64,000 nt of DNA, taken from positions 352,001 to 416,000 of the forward strand of contig CAVQEQ010000003.1 of the NCBI GenBank assembly GCA_963711565.1, in the 5' to 3' direction. The notes beneath the pieces were generated by a model. That model ran no database searches, had not been told where the DNA came from, and worked only from the letters and a program-made list of their open reading frames with translations. This DNA comes from an uncultured delta proteobacterium (GTDB lineage: Bacteria > Desulfobacterota > Binatia > Binatales > Binataceae). Of the stretch, positions 39,521 to 47,611 are shown piece by piece. Every line of letters begins with the position of its first letter. Position 1 is the first letter of the stretch. Position numbers and translations under genes: made by a program.

Positions 39521-41212
39521 ATGGCGAAAGCTGACGGTGGAGAATTAATCGCGCGCGTGATGCGCGAGAATCGGGTGAAGTATTGTTTCGCGATCAACGG
39601 CGGGCATCTGTTCCCCATCCTCGGCCAGTTGCGCAATCACGACATCAAGTTGATCCACATGCGTCACGAGCAGGCCACCGCCTACGCGGCCGACGCCTAC
39701 GCGCGCACCTCGGGCGAGGTGGGAGTATGCATGGTCACCGCGGGATGCGGCCTGACCAACGCGGTGACGGGACTGTGCGTCGCGGGACTGACCAACAGCG
39801 CAGTGGTCTGCATCTCGGGACAGCATCCGAATACCGAGGATCATCTCGGCTCGTTCCAGGAGGCCTACGGCTCCGAAGTCGTCGCCAGCTTCTCCAAGTT
39901 CACCAAGCGCGTGACCGATTGGTCCACGATTCAGTTCGACCTGCGCTCCGCGTTCCGCGAGGCGATCTCGCCGCCGCAGGGCGTCGCGCTGTTCGAGATT
40001 CCGCAAAACATACTGTATCACCACGAGGAAGACGCGGGGCAGCGCAAGGGCGCGCGCGAATTCACGATCGACGACGTGCGCTCCGCGGCGGATCCCGCAA
40101 AGATCGATCGCGCGCTCGAGATGCTGGTGGCGGCCGATCGTCCAATAATCGCGTGCGGCGACGGCGTGTTCTGGTCGCAGGCGGGCCCGGAGATGCGCGA
40201 GTTCGTCGAGCTGACGAACATTCCGATCTACGCGCGCCGCGCCGGCCAGGGCGTCGTGTCCGAGGAGCATCCGCTGGCGATTCGCGGCGCGTTCAAGAAG
40301 CCGTTCACCGGCGGCGCCAACGTCGTGGTCGCCATCGGCTTCCGCTTCTGGAGCGGCGAGCATTTCGGACAGCCGCCGACCTGGACCGACAAGGCCAAGT
40401 ACATCCAGATCGATCCGACGCCGACGCGCATCGGATGGCAGGTCAACGCGGACCTGCCGATGGTCGGCGATCCGAAGATCGTGCTGCAGCAGATGATCAA
40501 ACGCATCAAGGAGCTCAAGCTCGACTTCTCGAAGAACAAGACGTCGCCGTGGGTTAAGCAGGTTTGGGAGACGCGCCAGCGCTTCGACAACACGATCAAG
40601 GAGCAGAACGCCAAGGTCGCGAAGAATCAGCCGATACATCCGGCGCGCCTGTGCGAGGACCTGATCACCGTGCTCGACAAGAACGCGACGACGGTAATCG
40701 ACAGCTTCACGCTCTCCGGATGGATGAGCCGCGCGTTCACCTGCCGCTTCATGGGCCAAGTGGTTGACGCAGGTCCGCTCGCTCCAGTCGGTCACGGCGT
40801 CGGCATGGGCATCGGCGCGCAGCTCGCGCGTCCGGGCCAGCAAGTCGTCGTTATCAGTGGCGACGGCGGATTGGGAATCGGCGGATGGGACATGGAGACG
40901 GCGGCGCGCTACAAACTGCCGGTGATCACGGTGCTGTGGAACAACAGCTCATGGGGACCTAATTTCGATCAGATGCCGGGACTGAAGGGCCGCACCGATC
41001 CGTTCAACATGCTGCCGAACATCCGTTACGACAAAATCTTCGCCGAGATGGGATGTCACGGCGAGCAGGTCGAGACCGTGGATCAGATCAAACCGGCACT
41101 GGAGCGCGCCTTCAAATCAGGCAAGCCGGCATTGATCAACGTGATCGGCGACGTCTCAGTCGGCAACGCAACTCTCGGCGGCAACCTGCTAGGCTCGACG
41201 GGCTCGAATTAG
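39521..41212 (+). CDS. Thiamine pyrophosphate-dependent enzyme (acetolactate synthase / 2-hydroxyacyl-CoA lyase-like)
   Basis: MRHEQATAYAADAYAR, GDGG...WNN TPP motif; AAGGAG RBS before ATG 39521. Confidence 0.9.
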   Translation: MAKADGGELIARVMRENRVKYCFAINGGHLFPILGQLRNHDIKLIHMRHEQATAYAADAYARTSGEVGVCMVTAGCGLTNAVTGLCVAGLTNSAVVCISGQHPNTEDHLGSFQEAYGSEVVASFSKFTKRVTDWSTIQFDLRSAFREAISPPQGVALFEIPQNILYHHEEDAGQRKGAREFTIDDVRSAADPAKIDRALEMLVAADRPIIACGDGVFWSQAGPEMREFVELTNIPIYARRAGQGVVSEEHPLAIRGAFKKPFTGGANVVVAIGFRFWSGEHFGQPPTWTDKAKYIQIDPTPTRIGWQVNADLPMVGDPKIVLQQMIKRIKELKLDFSKNKTSPWVKQVWETRQRFDNTIKEQNAKVAKNQPIHPARLCEDLITVLDKNATTVIDSFTLSGWMSRAFTCRFMGQVVDAGPLAPVGHGVGMGIGAQLARPGQQVVVISGDGGLGIGGWDMETAARYKLPVITVLWNNSSWGPNFDQMPGLKGRTDPFNMLPNIRYDKIFAEMGCHGEQVETVDQIKPALERAFKSGKPALINVIGDVSVGNATLGGNLLGSTGSN

Positions 41213-41235
41213 CAGCTAGCCTCCGAAAAATCCGG

Positions 41236-41412
41236 TCCCCCCTTTCCATTCTGGAAAGGAGGCCAGGGAGATGGGACCCGCACGAGGCTACAACGAATTC
41301 TGTTCCCCCTTTCCATTCTGGAAAGGGGGTTAGGGGGATAGGACCACCCGACCCCACAGCGTTTCTGTTCCCCTTCCCCATTCGTTCTGGGGAAGGGGCT
41401 AGGGGTTAGGGT
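41236..41412 (+). repeat. Three REP-like hairpin units (A', A, B) on the left of the DUF559 gene
   Basis: A = TTCTGTTCCCCCTTTCC-loop-GGAAAGGGGGTTAGGGGGATAGGAC (41298-41344); B = TTCTGTTCCCCTTCCCCA-loop-TGGGGAAGGGGCTAGGGGTTAGGG (41362-41412); degenerate A' at 41236-41277. Confidence 0.9.
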
Positions 41413-41929
41413 CTTGCCAGCGCAGCGCCGCTCGAATTCCGCCAATCACTGATGCCAAATCATTCCGCACCGATGCGTTCGGCACCCTCAGCACCCGGAT
41501 CCCGCGCCGTCTGAAATATTCGTCGCGCACCCCGTCGTATCCTTGTTGCCGGCGATGCGGGCTTCCATCGATCTCCACTACCAGCCGCGCAGCATGACAA
41601 TAGAAATCCAGAATGTACGGCGCGAGCACCTGCTGTCGCCTGAAATGCGCGCCCAACCGATTACCGCGAAGCTCCTGCCAGATGACGCGCTCTTCCGGAG
41701 TCATGTGTGCGCGGAGTTCTCGCGCGCGCCGGATCAGTTCCGGATCTCTCTGTTCGCTCAGAGTTAACAGTATCATCTGGTAGTGATTAGCATTGAGATG
41801 CGGCGAACGAAAGCACCCTAACCCCTGACCCCTTCCCCATAAGAATGGGGAAGGGGAACCAGAGAAAAACCGGGCGCTTCCGTCCTATCCCCCTAACCCC
41901 CTTTCCGGGGCGGAAAGGGGGAACAGAAA
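41298..41929. mobile_element. Putative REPtron/MITE-like element: DUF559 nuclease gene between ~115-bp inverted repeats
   Basis: Symmetric A>B> gene <B<A layout; no transposase and no clear target duplication. Confidence 0.55.
41399..41776 (-). CDS. DUF559 (YcjD-like, Vsr/PD-(D/E)XK fold) endonuclease
   Basis: RARELR..MTPEE..IW..LR, FRRQ, YILDFYC...RLVVEIDG..H, D..RD.....GIRVLR..N. Confidence 0.9.
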   Translation of the reverse strand: MILLTLSEQRDPELIRRARELRAHMTPEERVIWQELRGNRLGAHFRRQQVLAPYILDFYCHAARLVVEIDGSPHRRQQGYDGVRDEYFRRRGIRVLRVPNASVRNDLASVIGGIRAALRWQDPNP

Positions 41930-42258
41930 GGAGATTCGGGTTCCCCTTATCTGTTAGTCAGCGGCGTCAGATTCTCCATCGCCGGCGGGGGGAACAGGCA
42001 GGAGCTTTGGAGGATCCTTGTTCATCTTGAAAGGCTTCTAGGGAGGTGGGAGGGACACAACCTTGAAAGGGTGCTCGGCAGGTGGAACACGATTTCTGTT
42101 TCCCACTTTCCGCTTGGAAAGGGGGTGAGGAGGATAGGACAGCCCGCTCCCGATGAATTCTCTCTGTTCCCCTTCCCCATTCTCATGGGGAAGGGGCCAG
42201 GGGTTAGGGCTCCGGATCCCTCTCATCCCGCCCTTCCTTGCTCCAAGGAGGGATGAAC
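41815..42258. repeat. REP-like hairpin units on the right of the DUF559 gene (<B, <A, A>, B>, one degenerate)
   Basis: Units at 41815-41863, 41882-41929, 42093-42140 and 42161-42210; degenerate unit at 42215-42258. Confidence 0.88.
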
Positions 42259-42472
42259 TTTTCAGCCTGATCAAGCCTCGCTCGACGTGCTAAGTAATTG
42301 CTGTGGATACCGTTCATGCAAGCCGCTCTCGCTCGTCTTCGACCATCAGCGAAATCTCGCTCGAACGAATTATTAAATTTGACGGAACGAAGCTACGCTC
42401 GGTGGTGTGCCCGTCTCTGGCACACAAGTAGTGGTATAAATTGTTCCTATCTCGCCCAGCCTAATCCTCAAA

Positions 42473-42925
42473 ATGAGAGCCAAAGTTGCACTTCTAATCC
42501 TCGCCGCAGCCTTCTTTGGCTGCAAAACGGTGCCGCAATGCCCGCCCGGCAGCCGGCTCGTCGGGGATCCTCCGCCCACCGGGTCCGAAACCGCATGTGT
42601 CGAAACCGTCAACGGCGCGGACGTCAAAGAAGGGCCGTACGTGCTCTATCACGACGACGGCTCGAAAATGATGCAGGGCGAATATCACGACGGTAAACAG
42701 AACGGCGAATGGACTATGTGGTACGACAACGGCCAGAAGAAGTCGGTCGATCACTACAAGGACGGCGTGCAGGACGGCGAGCATACCGGCTGGTACACCG
42801 ACGGCAAAATTGCCGCCATCGGCATGTACAAGGACGGCAAGCCCGACGGCGTCTGGAAGCGATGGGATCCGCAGGGTTTCAAAAACTGGGAGGAGACCTA
42901 CAAAGACGGGGTCAAACTCCCATGA
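42473..42925 (+). CDS. MORN-like repeat (YwqK antitoxin family) lipoprotein
   Basis: Lipobox FFGC; repeated G.Y.DGK..G.W..WY.NG. Confidence 0.82.
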   Translation: MRAKVALLILAAAFFGCKTVPQCPPGSRLVGDPPPTGSETACVETVNGADVKEGPYVLYHDDGSKMMQGEYHDGKQNGEWTMWYDNGQKKSVDHYKDGVQDGEHTGWYTDGKIAAIGMYKDGKPDGVWKRWDPQGFKNWEETYKDGVKLP

Positions 42926-43413
42926 CGCTCACGGCAACAAATGTGACGATCCTCGACGCAGATCTCTCGCGCGCCGAGCATCAAAATGCGCTGGTCACGA
43001 TGCTCGACTCGTTCATGCTCGATCAGGACGGCGAGCCGCTGTCGAAGCAGGCCAAGCGCGACATGATCCCGGGGCTGCGCGCGCATCCGGCGTGCTACGT
43101 GTTCCTCGCGTATCGCGACGGCTCGCCGATCGGCTTTTCGATCTGCTTCCTGGGATTTTCGACCTTCATGGCGCGCCCGCTGATCAACATCCACGATATC
43201 TTCGTTGACGCCTCAGCGCGGGGCCTCGGGATCGGCGCGATGCTGCTCGAACGAATCGAGGCGAAAGCGCGGGAACTGAATTGCTGCCGTATCACGCTCG
43301 AAGTGCGCGAGGACAATCGCGTCGCGCGCGGCCTCTACCGCAAAGTCGGTTTCGATCGAGTCGTCGTCGGCCCCAACCGCATCCCGATGGAATTCTGGCA
43401 CAAGCCGTTGTAG
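42922..43413 (+). CDS. GNAT family N-acetyltransferase
   Basis: INIHDIFV...RGLGIG, LEVREDN..A..LY.KVGF; ATGA overlap with the upstream gene. Confidence 0.9.
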   Translation: MTLTATNVTILDADLSRAEHQNALVTMLDSFMLDQDGEPLSKQAKRDMIPGLRAHPACYVFLAYRDGSPIGFSICFLGFSTFMARPLINIHDIFVDASARGLGIGAMLLERIEAKARELNCCRITLEVREDNRVARGLYRKVGFDRVVVGPNRIPMEFWHKPL

Positions 43414-43436
43414 TGGCAAGGAACCGGCTACAGTGG

Positions 43437-45029
43437 TCAGAGTCTCCTTATGAGGCTGGCGACGACGGTCGCGAGCTCGACCGGTTCCACCGGCTTGGGC
43501 ACGTGCATCTGGTAGCCGGCGGAGATTACCTTGAGACGATCTTGGGTGCGGGCGAATGCGGTCAGGGCAATCGCGGGAACCCGGCCGCCTCCTTCCGGCG
43601 GCAACGCGCGCACCTTGCGTATCAGCTCGTAGCCATCCTCGCCGGGCATGCCGATATCGGAAACCAGGACATCCGGGTTCAATTCACGGACCATCTCCAG
43701 CGCCGCTCGAGCGCTCGCTGCACTGGCCACCTCGGCACCGGCTGCTCCCAGAATGGCCGCGACTACCTCCCTCGCGTCCGGCTCATCATCTACTAGCAGG
43801 ATGCGCAATCCCGCCAGCGACGGCATCGGACCCTGGATAGCTTCTCCGACGATGGGATCGATTCGAGCTCGTTTGTCAGGCTCCGGCAATCGAGCGAGCA
43901 CGGAAGTCGGCAGCTCGACGACAAATTCGGCGCCCTTCCCTTCACCCTCGCTGCTGGCGCGAACCGCGCCCCCGTGGAGTTCGACCAGGTGGCGCACTAT
44001 CGCCAGCCCGAGCCCGAGTCCGACGTGTTCGCGAGTCGTGCTGCTGTCGCCCTGGCGGAAGCGGTCGAAAACAAACGGCAGCAGCTTGCGATCGATTCCT
44101 TTGCCAGTATCGGAGACGATCACTTCCAGATGAGAGTCGGCTCGTTTCACGCGGACCTGAACCTGGCCGCCTTTCGGAGTGAACTTGATCGCGTTGGACA
44201 GCAGGTTCCAGAAAATCTGCTGCAGGCGGTCGGGATCGGCGGTGATCGGTCCGGCTGCAGGATCGATCAGAGTCTGCAGATCAATAGATTTCGCCGAGGC
44301 ACTCGGCCGGACCGCTTCGAGCGCCGCATCCAGCACAGTGGCGATCTCAACCGGTCGGATATTGAGCCGCATCTGGCCGGAGACAATCCGTGAAACATCC
44401 AGCAGATCCGCGATCAGTTGAGCCTGGGTCTGGGCGTTGCGCTGGATCGTCTCAATCGCGTGCGCCGTTTGCTCATCCAGTTTTCGCATCCGCAACAGCG
44501 AGGCCCAACCCATAATCGCATTCAGAGGCGTCCGCAGCTCGTGGGACACGAGCGCCAGGAATTCGTCCTTGAGACGGCTGGCCTCCTCGGCCTGCGCGCG
44601 CGAATGTTTTTCGGAGGCGAGCAGGCGCTCGCGCTCTTGTTCGGCGAGCTTGCGTTCCGTTATGTCGCGCGCGACCTTCGACGCCCCGATGATCCTGCCG
44701 CTCCGATCCTTTATCGGCGAGACGGTGAGCGACATATTCAGAAGTCGTCCGTCTTTAGCGCGGCGCACCGTCTCGAAGTGCTCGACTCGTTCGCCGCGCC
44801 CGATTCGCGCCAGCACCTCGTCTTCCTCGGCCCACCGATCGGGCGGGATGATCAGCCTGATATGCTTGCCGATCGCTTCGGCCGCACGGTAGCCGAATAT
44901 TCGCTCGGCAGTCGGATTCCAGGACGTGATTATGCCTTGCAGAGTTTTGCTGACGATTACGTCATCGGAGAAAGCGACAATCGCAGCCAGATGTGCGGCG
45001 ACGTCCAAGGGTGCGTTGAAGTCACTCAT
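43437..45029 (-). CDS. PAS-domain hybrid sensor histidine kinase/response regulator
   Basis: PAS domain, SHELRTPL, NLLSNAIKFT, GLGLGL, receiver LLVDD..SDIGMP..KP; start uncertain (45029 or 45128). Confidence 0.93.
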   Translation of the reverse strand: MSDFNAPLDVAAHLAAIVAFSDDVIVSKTLQGIITSWNPTAERIFGYRAAEAIGKHIRLIIPPDRWAEEDEVLARIGRGERVEHFETVRRAKDGRLLNMSLTVSPIKDRSGRIIGASKVARDITERKLAEQERERLLASEKHSRAQAEEASRLKDEFLALVSHELRTPLNAIMGWASLLRMRKLDEQTAHAIETIQRNAQTQAQLIADLLDVSRIVSGQMRLNIRPVEIATVLDAALEAVRPSASAKSIDLQTLIDPAAGPITADPDRLQQIFWNLLSNAIKFTPKGGQVQVRVKRADSHLEVIVSDTGKGIDRKLLPFVFDRFRQGDSSTTREHVGLGLGLAIVRHLVELHGGAVRASSEGEGKGAEFVVELPTSVLARLPEPDKRARIDPIVGEAIQGPMPSLAGLRILLVDDEPDAREVVAAILGAAGAEVASAASARAALEMVRELNPDVLVSDIGMPGEDGYELIRKVRALPPEGGGRVPAIALTAFARTQDRLKVISAGYQMHVPKPVEPVELATVVASLIRRL

Positions 45030-45182
45030 GGAATTGCTCAAGCCACCAACTTCAAGTCTAAGCGCTTTGGCTTGGGCGGCGCCAGTCAGACTCCGCGCGC
45101 GGCGCCCGAGGCGGGCTCGCGTTGTCATTCCGGCTCGCAGGCGGCAGTAACCGTCGCGCGCACCATCTGCTGTGAGACTCGA

Positions 45183-45599
45183 TCAACCGGATCGACGGAC
45201 GGTAAATTTCTTGACGGTCTCGAGCAGCTCGTCTGGCTCGACCGGCTTACGCAAAAGTTCGTCGGCCTTGATTGGCCTGGAGATTTCTCCCACCGCCGAA
45301 AGCACGACGACCGGAATGTTCTTGAACTTTTTATCCCGGAGCTGCGCCTGACGAAATGCCCATCCGTCCATTCGCGGCATCATCAGGTCCAACAGGATTA
45401 GGTCGTACAAACCGCCCTGGCCAAGCATCTGGAGCGCGACCAGGCCATCTGTCGCATGCGAAGCGCGATAACCCGACATCTTCAGGATTTCACATACGGT
45501 TTCGCCGAGATCCAAATCGTCCTCGACGACAAGAATCCTTGCTACGCCGTCGTCGCTCGGTTGCTTGCGCCGGGCGGGGTTTTTACGACCCTTAACCAC
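45183..45599 (-). CDS. Single-domain response regulator
   Basis: ILVVEDD, LLDLMMP, LRKP. Confidence 0.9.
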   Translation of the reverse strand: MVKGRKNPARRKQPSDDGVARILVVEDDLDLGETVCEILKMSGYRASHATDGLVALQMLGQGGLYDLILLDLMMPRMDGWAFRQAQLRDKKFKNIPVVVLSAVGEISRPIKADELLRKPVEPDELLETVKKFTVRRSG

Positions 45600-45659
45600 G
45601 GTAGATTCGTAAGACAGCAGCTGCCCGGCAGGGCAGAAGCGCGGGAGGGAATTGGATCC

Positions 45660-46886
45660 CTATACTTTTCTTTCTTCGTCCGTATCTTTGTCCAGAGGAA
45701 GCTCGATCACGATACGTGCCCCTCCGCCGGACCTGCTCTCGGCCCTGATCGAGCCGTTATGCTGTTCGATGACCTGCCTGGCGATATAGAGTCCGAGACC
45801 TAGTCCGCCGTAATTGTGAGTGATTTTAGTTCGCACGAAGCGCCCGAAAATTCGCGACAAATCTTCCACCGGAATACCGATGCCGCGGTCTTGCACGACC
45901 AGTGTTGCTTTGCCGTCGTTCGCTGTCAGCTCGATAGCAACCGGCTTTCCGGCGCCGTATTTGATTGCGTTCGAGATGACGTTGCCGATCGCTTCGTCGA
46001 GCCGAAACCTGTCCACTCGCGCGGTGATTCCTTTCTGCGCAGTCAAATGAAGTTCCGACTTGGAGTTCGATGCGTCCTCGGAGAACCGCTCCGCGGCTTC
46101 CTTGACCACTTCAGCGAGGTCGCCGTGCTCTAACTCCAGCTGAAGTCTTCCGCTGGCCAGTTGCGAGACGTCGAGCAGGCGGTCCACCAGACGGCGCATT
46201 CTCTCCGTCTGATCTTTGGCCCGATTCACGCTCGTTTTCACCTGGTCCAGGTCGCCGGCTTGGGCATGGCGCTCGAGCAGTCCCAGCCGAAGAACCAGCG
46301 TGCTGAGCGGTGTGCGCAACTCGTGCGAGGCAATTGCCAGGAACTCGTCGCGCATTCGGACCGCGGCTTCAGCCTCCTCCTGACGTTTGCGCTGACTCAA
46401 GTCGGTCACAACAACTCCGATCGACGGTTTGCCCTCTAGGTCCACCGGATTGAGCGAAAATTGAGTTGGCAGAGGATCGCCCGATCGCGGCAACAGAATT
46501 ACCTCGGCGCGAACAGATCGATGAAGTCCCTGTCTGATCAACTTTCCGAGTGTGTCGCGATCTTCGGCAGGTACGTATTCGCACACGTCGCTGCCCATCA
46601 TCCGATCCAGCGGGGTGCCGACCATCCTCGCAAACGCGGAATTGCAATAGAGGATGGTTCTCTCGTCAGAAAGCGACACGGCGCCTTCGTTCATGCTTTC
46701 CACTAAAACGCGGTAGGGATGCTCTGCGCCCTCAAGGGTGAAGACCTTTTCTCCCAAAGGTCCGGAGACCACCAGCGCATCGACCTCGCCGCTGCGAATC
46801 GCGTCGAGAGTTTCTTCAGCTTCCTGGAGACGTTGGCGAAGGTCGTCGAGCTCCAGCCGCACCGAGGGCTTTTGATTAGCCTTCAT
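45660..46886 (-). CDS. PAS-domain sensor histidine kinase of the kai locus
   Basis: N-terminal EAEETLDAIRSGEVDALVV, PAS domain, SHELRTPL, SNAIKYG, GLGLGL. Confidence 0.92.
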   Translation of the reverse strand: MKANQKPSVRLELDDLRQRLQEAEETLDAIRSGEVDALVVSGPLGEKVFTLEGAEHPYRVLVESMNEGAVSLSDERTILYCNSAFARMVGTPLDRMMGSDVCEYVPAEDRDTLGKLIRQGLHRSVRAEVILLPRSGDPLPTQFSLNPVDLEGKPSIGVVVTDLSQRKRQEEAEAAVRMRDEFLAIASHELRTPLSTLVLRLGLLERHAQAGDLDQVKTSVNRAKDQTERMRRLVDRLLDVSQLASGRLQLELEHGDLAEVVKEAAERFSEDASNSKSELHLTAQKGITARVDRFRLDEAIGNVISNAIKYGAGKPVAIELTANDGKATLVVQDRGIGIPVEDLSRIFGRFVRTKITHNYGGLGLGLYIARQVIEQHNGSIRAESRSGGGARIVIELPLDKDTDEERKV

Positions 46887-47233
46887 TTTGATTTACCACC
46901 GATCGCAAGACCGAGCAGCACTTTGGGCCGATCCGACAGGTCGCCCACCATGCGTTTTGTTGGGGGCGGTTCTTCCTTGATCAGGGTTGGCGCGGCGATG
47001 ATGTCCGATTCTGTGGCGCGCCCCGGTTCCTGGTAGATATCGACTACCTCCAGATCGTAGTTGCCCTGTAGATCGGTCTCGCAAATGTCGCGCAGATTTT
47101 GCAGCGCCCGGGTTGATCGGGGAGTGCTGCCGCTGGTGAACAGACGCAGCATATAACGCCCGGGCCGTGACTTGGACGCCTTCGCGCGCTCCCGGGATCT
47201 GAGGTGGTGTATTTTTGCCACTATTTTCCTCAA
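46883..47233 (-). CDS. kaiB: KaiB family protein
   Basis: LRLFTSGSTPRSTRALQNL..IC, LEVVDI.Q.P, IIAAPTLIK..P.P...VGDLSD. Confidence 0.93.
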   Translation of the reverse strand: MRKIVAKIHHLRSRERAKASKSRPGRYMLRLFTSGSTPRSTRALQNLRDICETDLQGNYDLEVVDIYQEPGRATESDIIAAPTLIKEEPPPTKRMVGDLSDRPKVLLGLAIGGKSK

Positions 47234-47592
47234 GCCACACTCAGCTCCAAAGCGATAAGCACCTTTTCGGTCGCTGAGAGATCGCCGATGATGCGCCGTG
47301 CTGGTGCCGGGAGTTTTCTGACCAGCGTCGGAATCGCGACGATCTGGTCGTCTCTCGCAAGTTCCGGATTCCGCATGAGATCGATTACCTCGACCGTGCA
47401 GCGGCCGGGCATGTGGCTATCGCAGATGCGGCGCAGGTTAGTAATCGCGGCGAGCGACCGCGCCGATTGCCCCGCCACGTAGAGGCGCATACTCCACGAT
47501 TCATTCATCGCTGGTTTGTTTTTTTTCACAACCCTCGAATCTTGAGACCGCGATCTATCGCGATTGTCGCGCGGAGCGATCTTCTTCTTCAC
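47230..47592 (-). CDS. kaiB: KaiB family protein
   Basis: RLYVAGQSARS..AI.NL..IC, DQIVAIPTLVRKLPAP.RRIIGDLS. Confidence 0.94.
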   Translation of the reverse strand: MKKKIAPRDNRDRSRSQDSRVVKKNKPAMNESWSMRLYVAGQSARSLAAITNLRRICDSHMPGRCTVEVIDLMRNPELARDDQIVAIPTLVRKLPAPARRIIGDLSATEKVLIALELSVA

Positions 47593-47611
47593 CTGACAGC
47601 TCTACCTTTGA

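Noticed and set aside
41236-42258. Canonical CRISPR array
   Set aside because: Units alternate between two types, switch orientation and have spacers of only ~17-20 nt; no cas genes are present.
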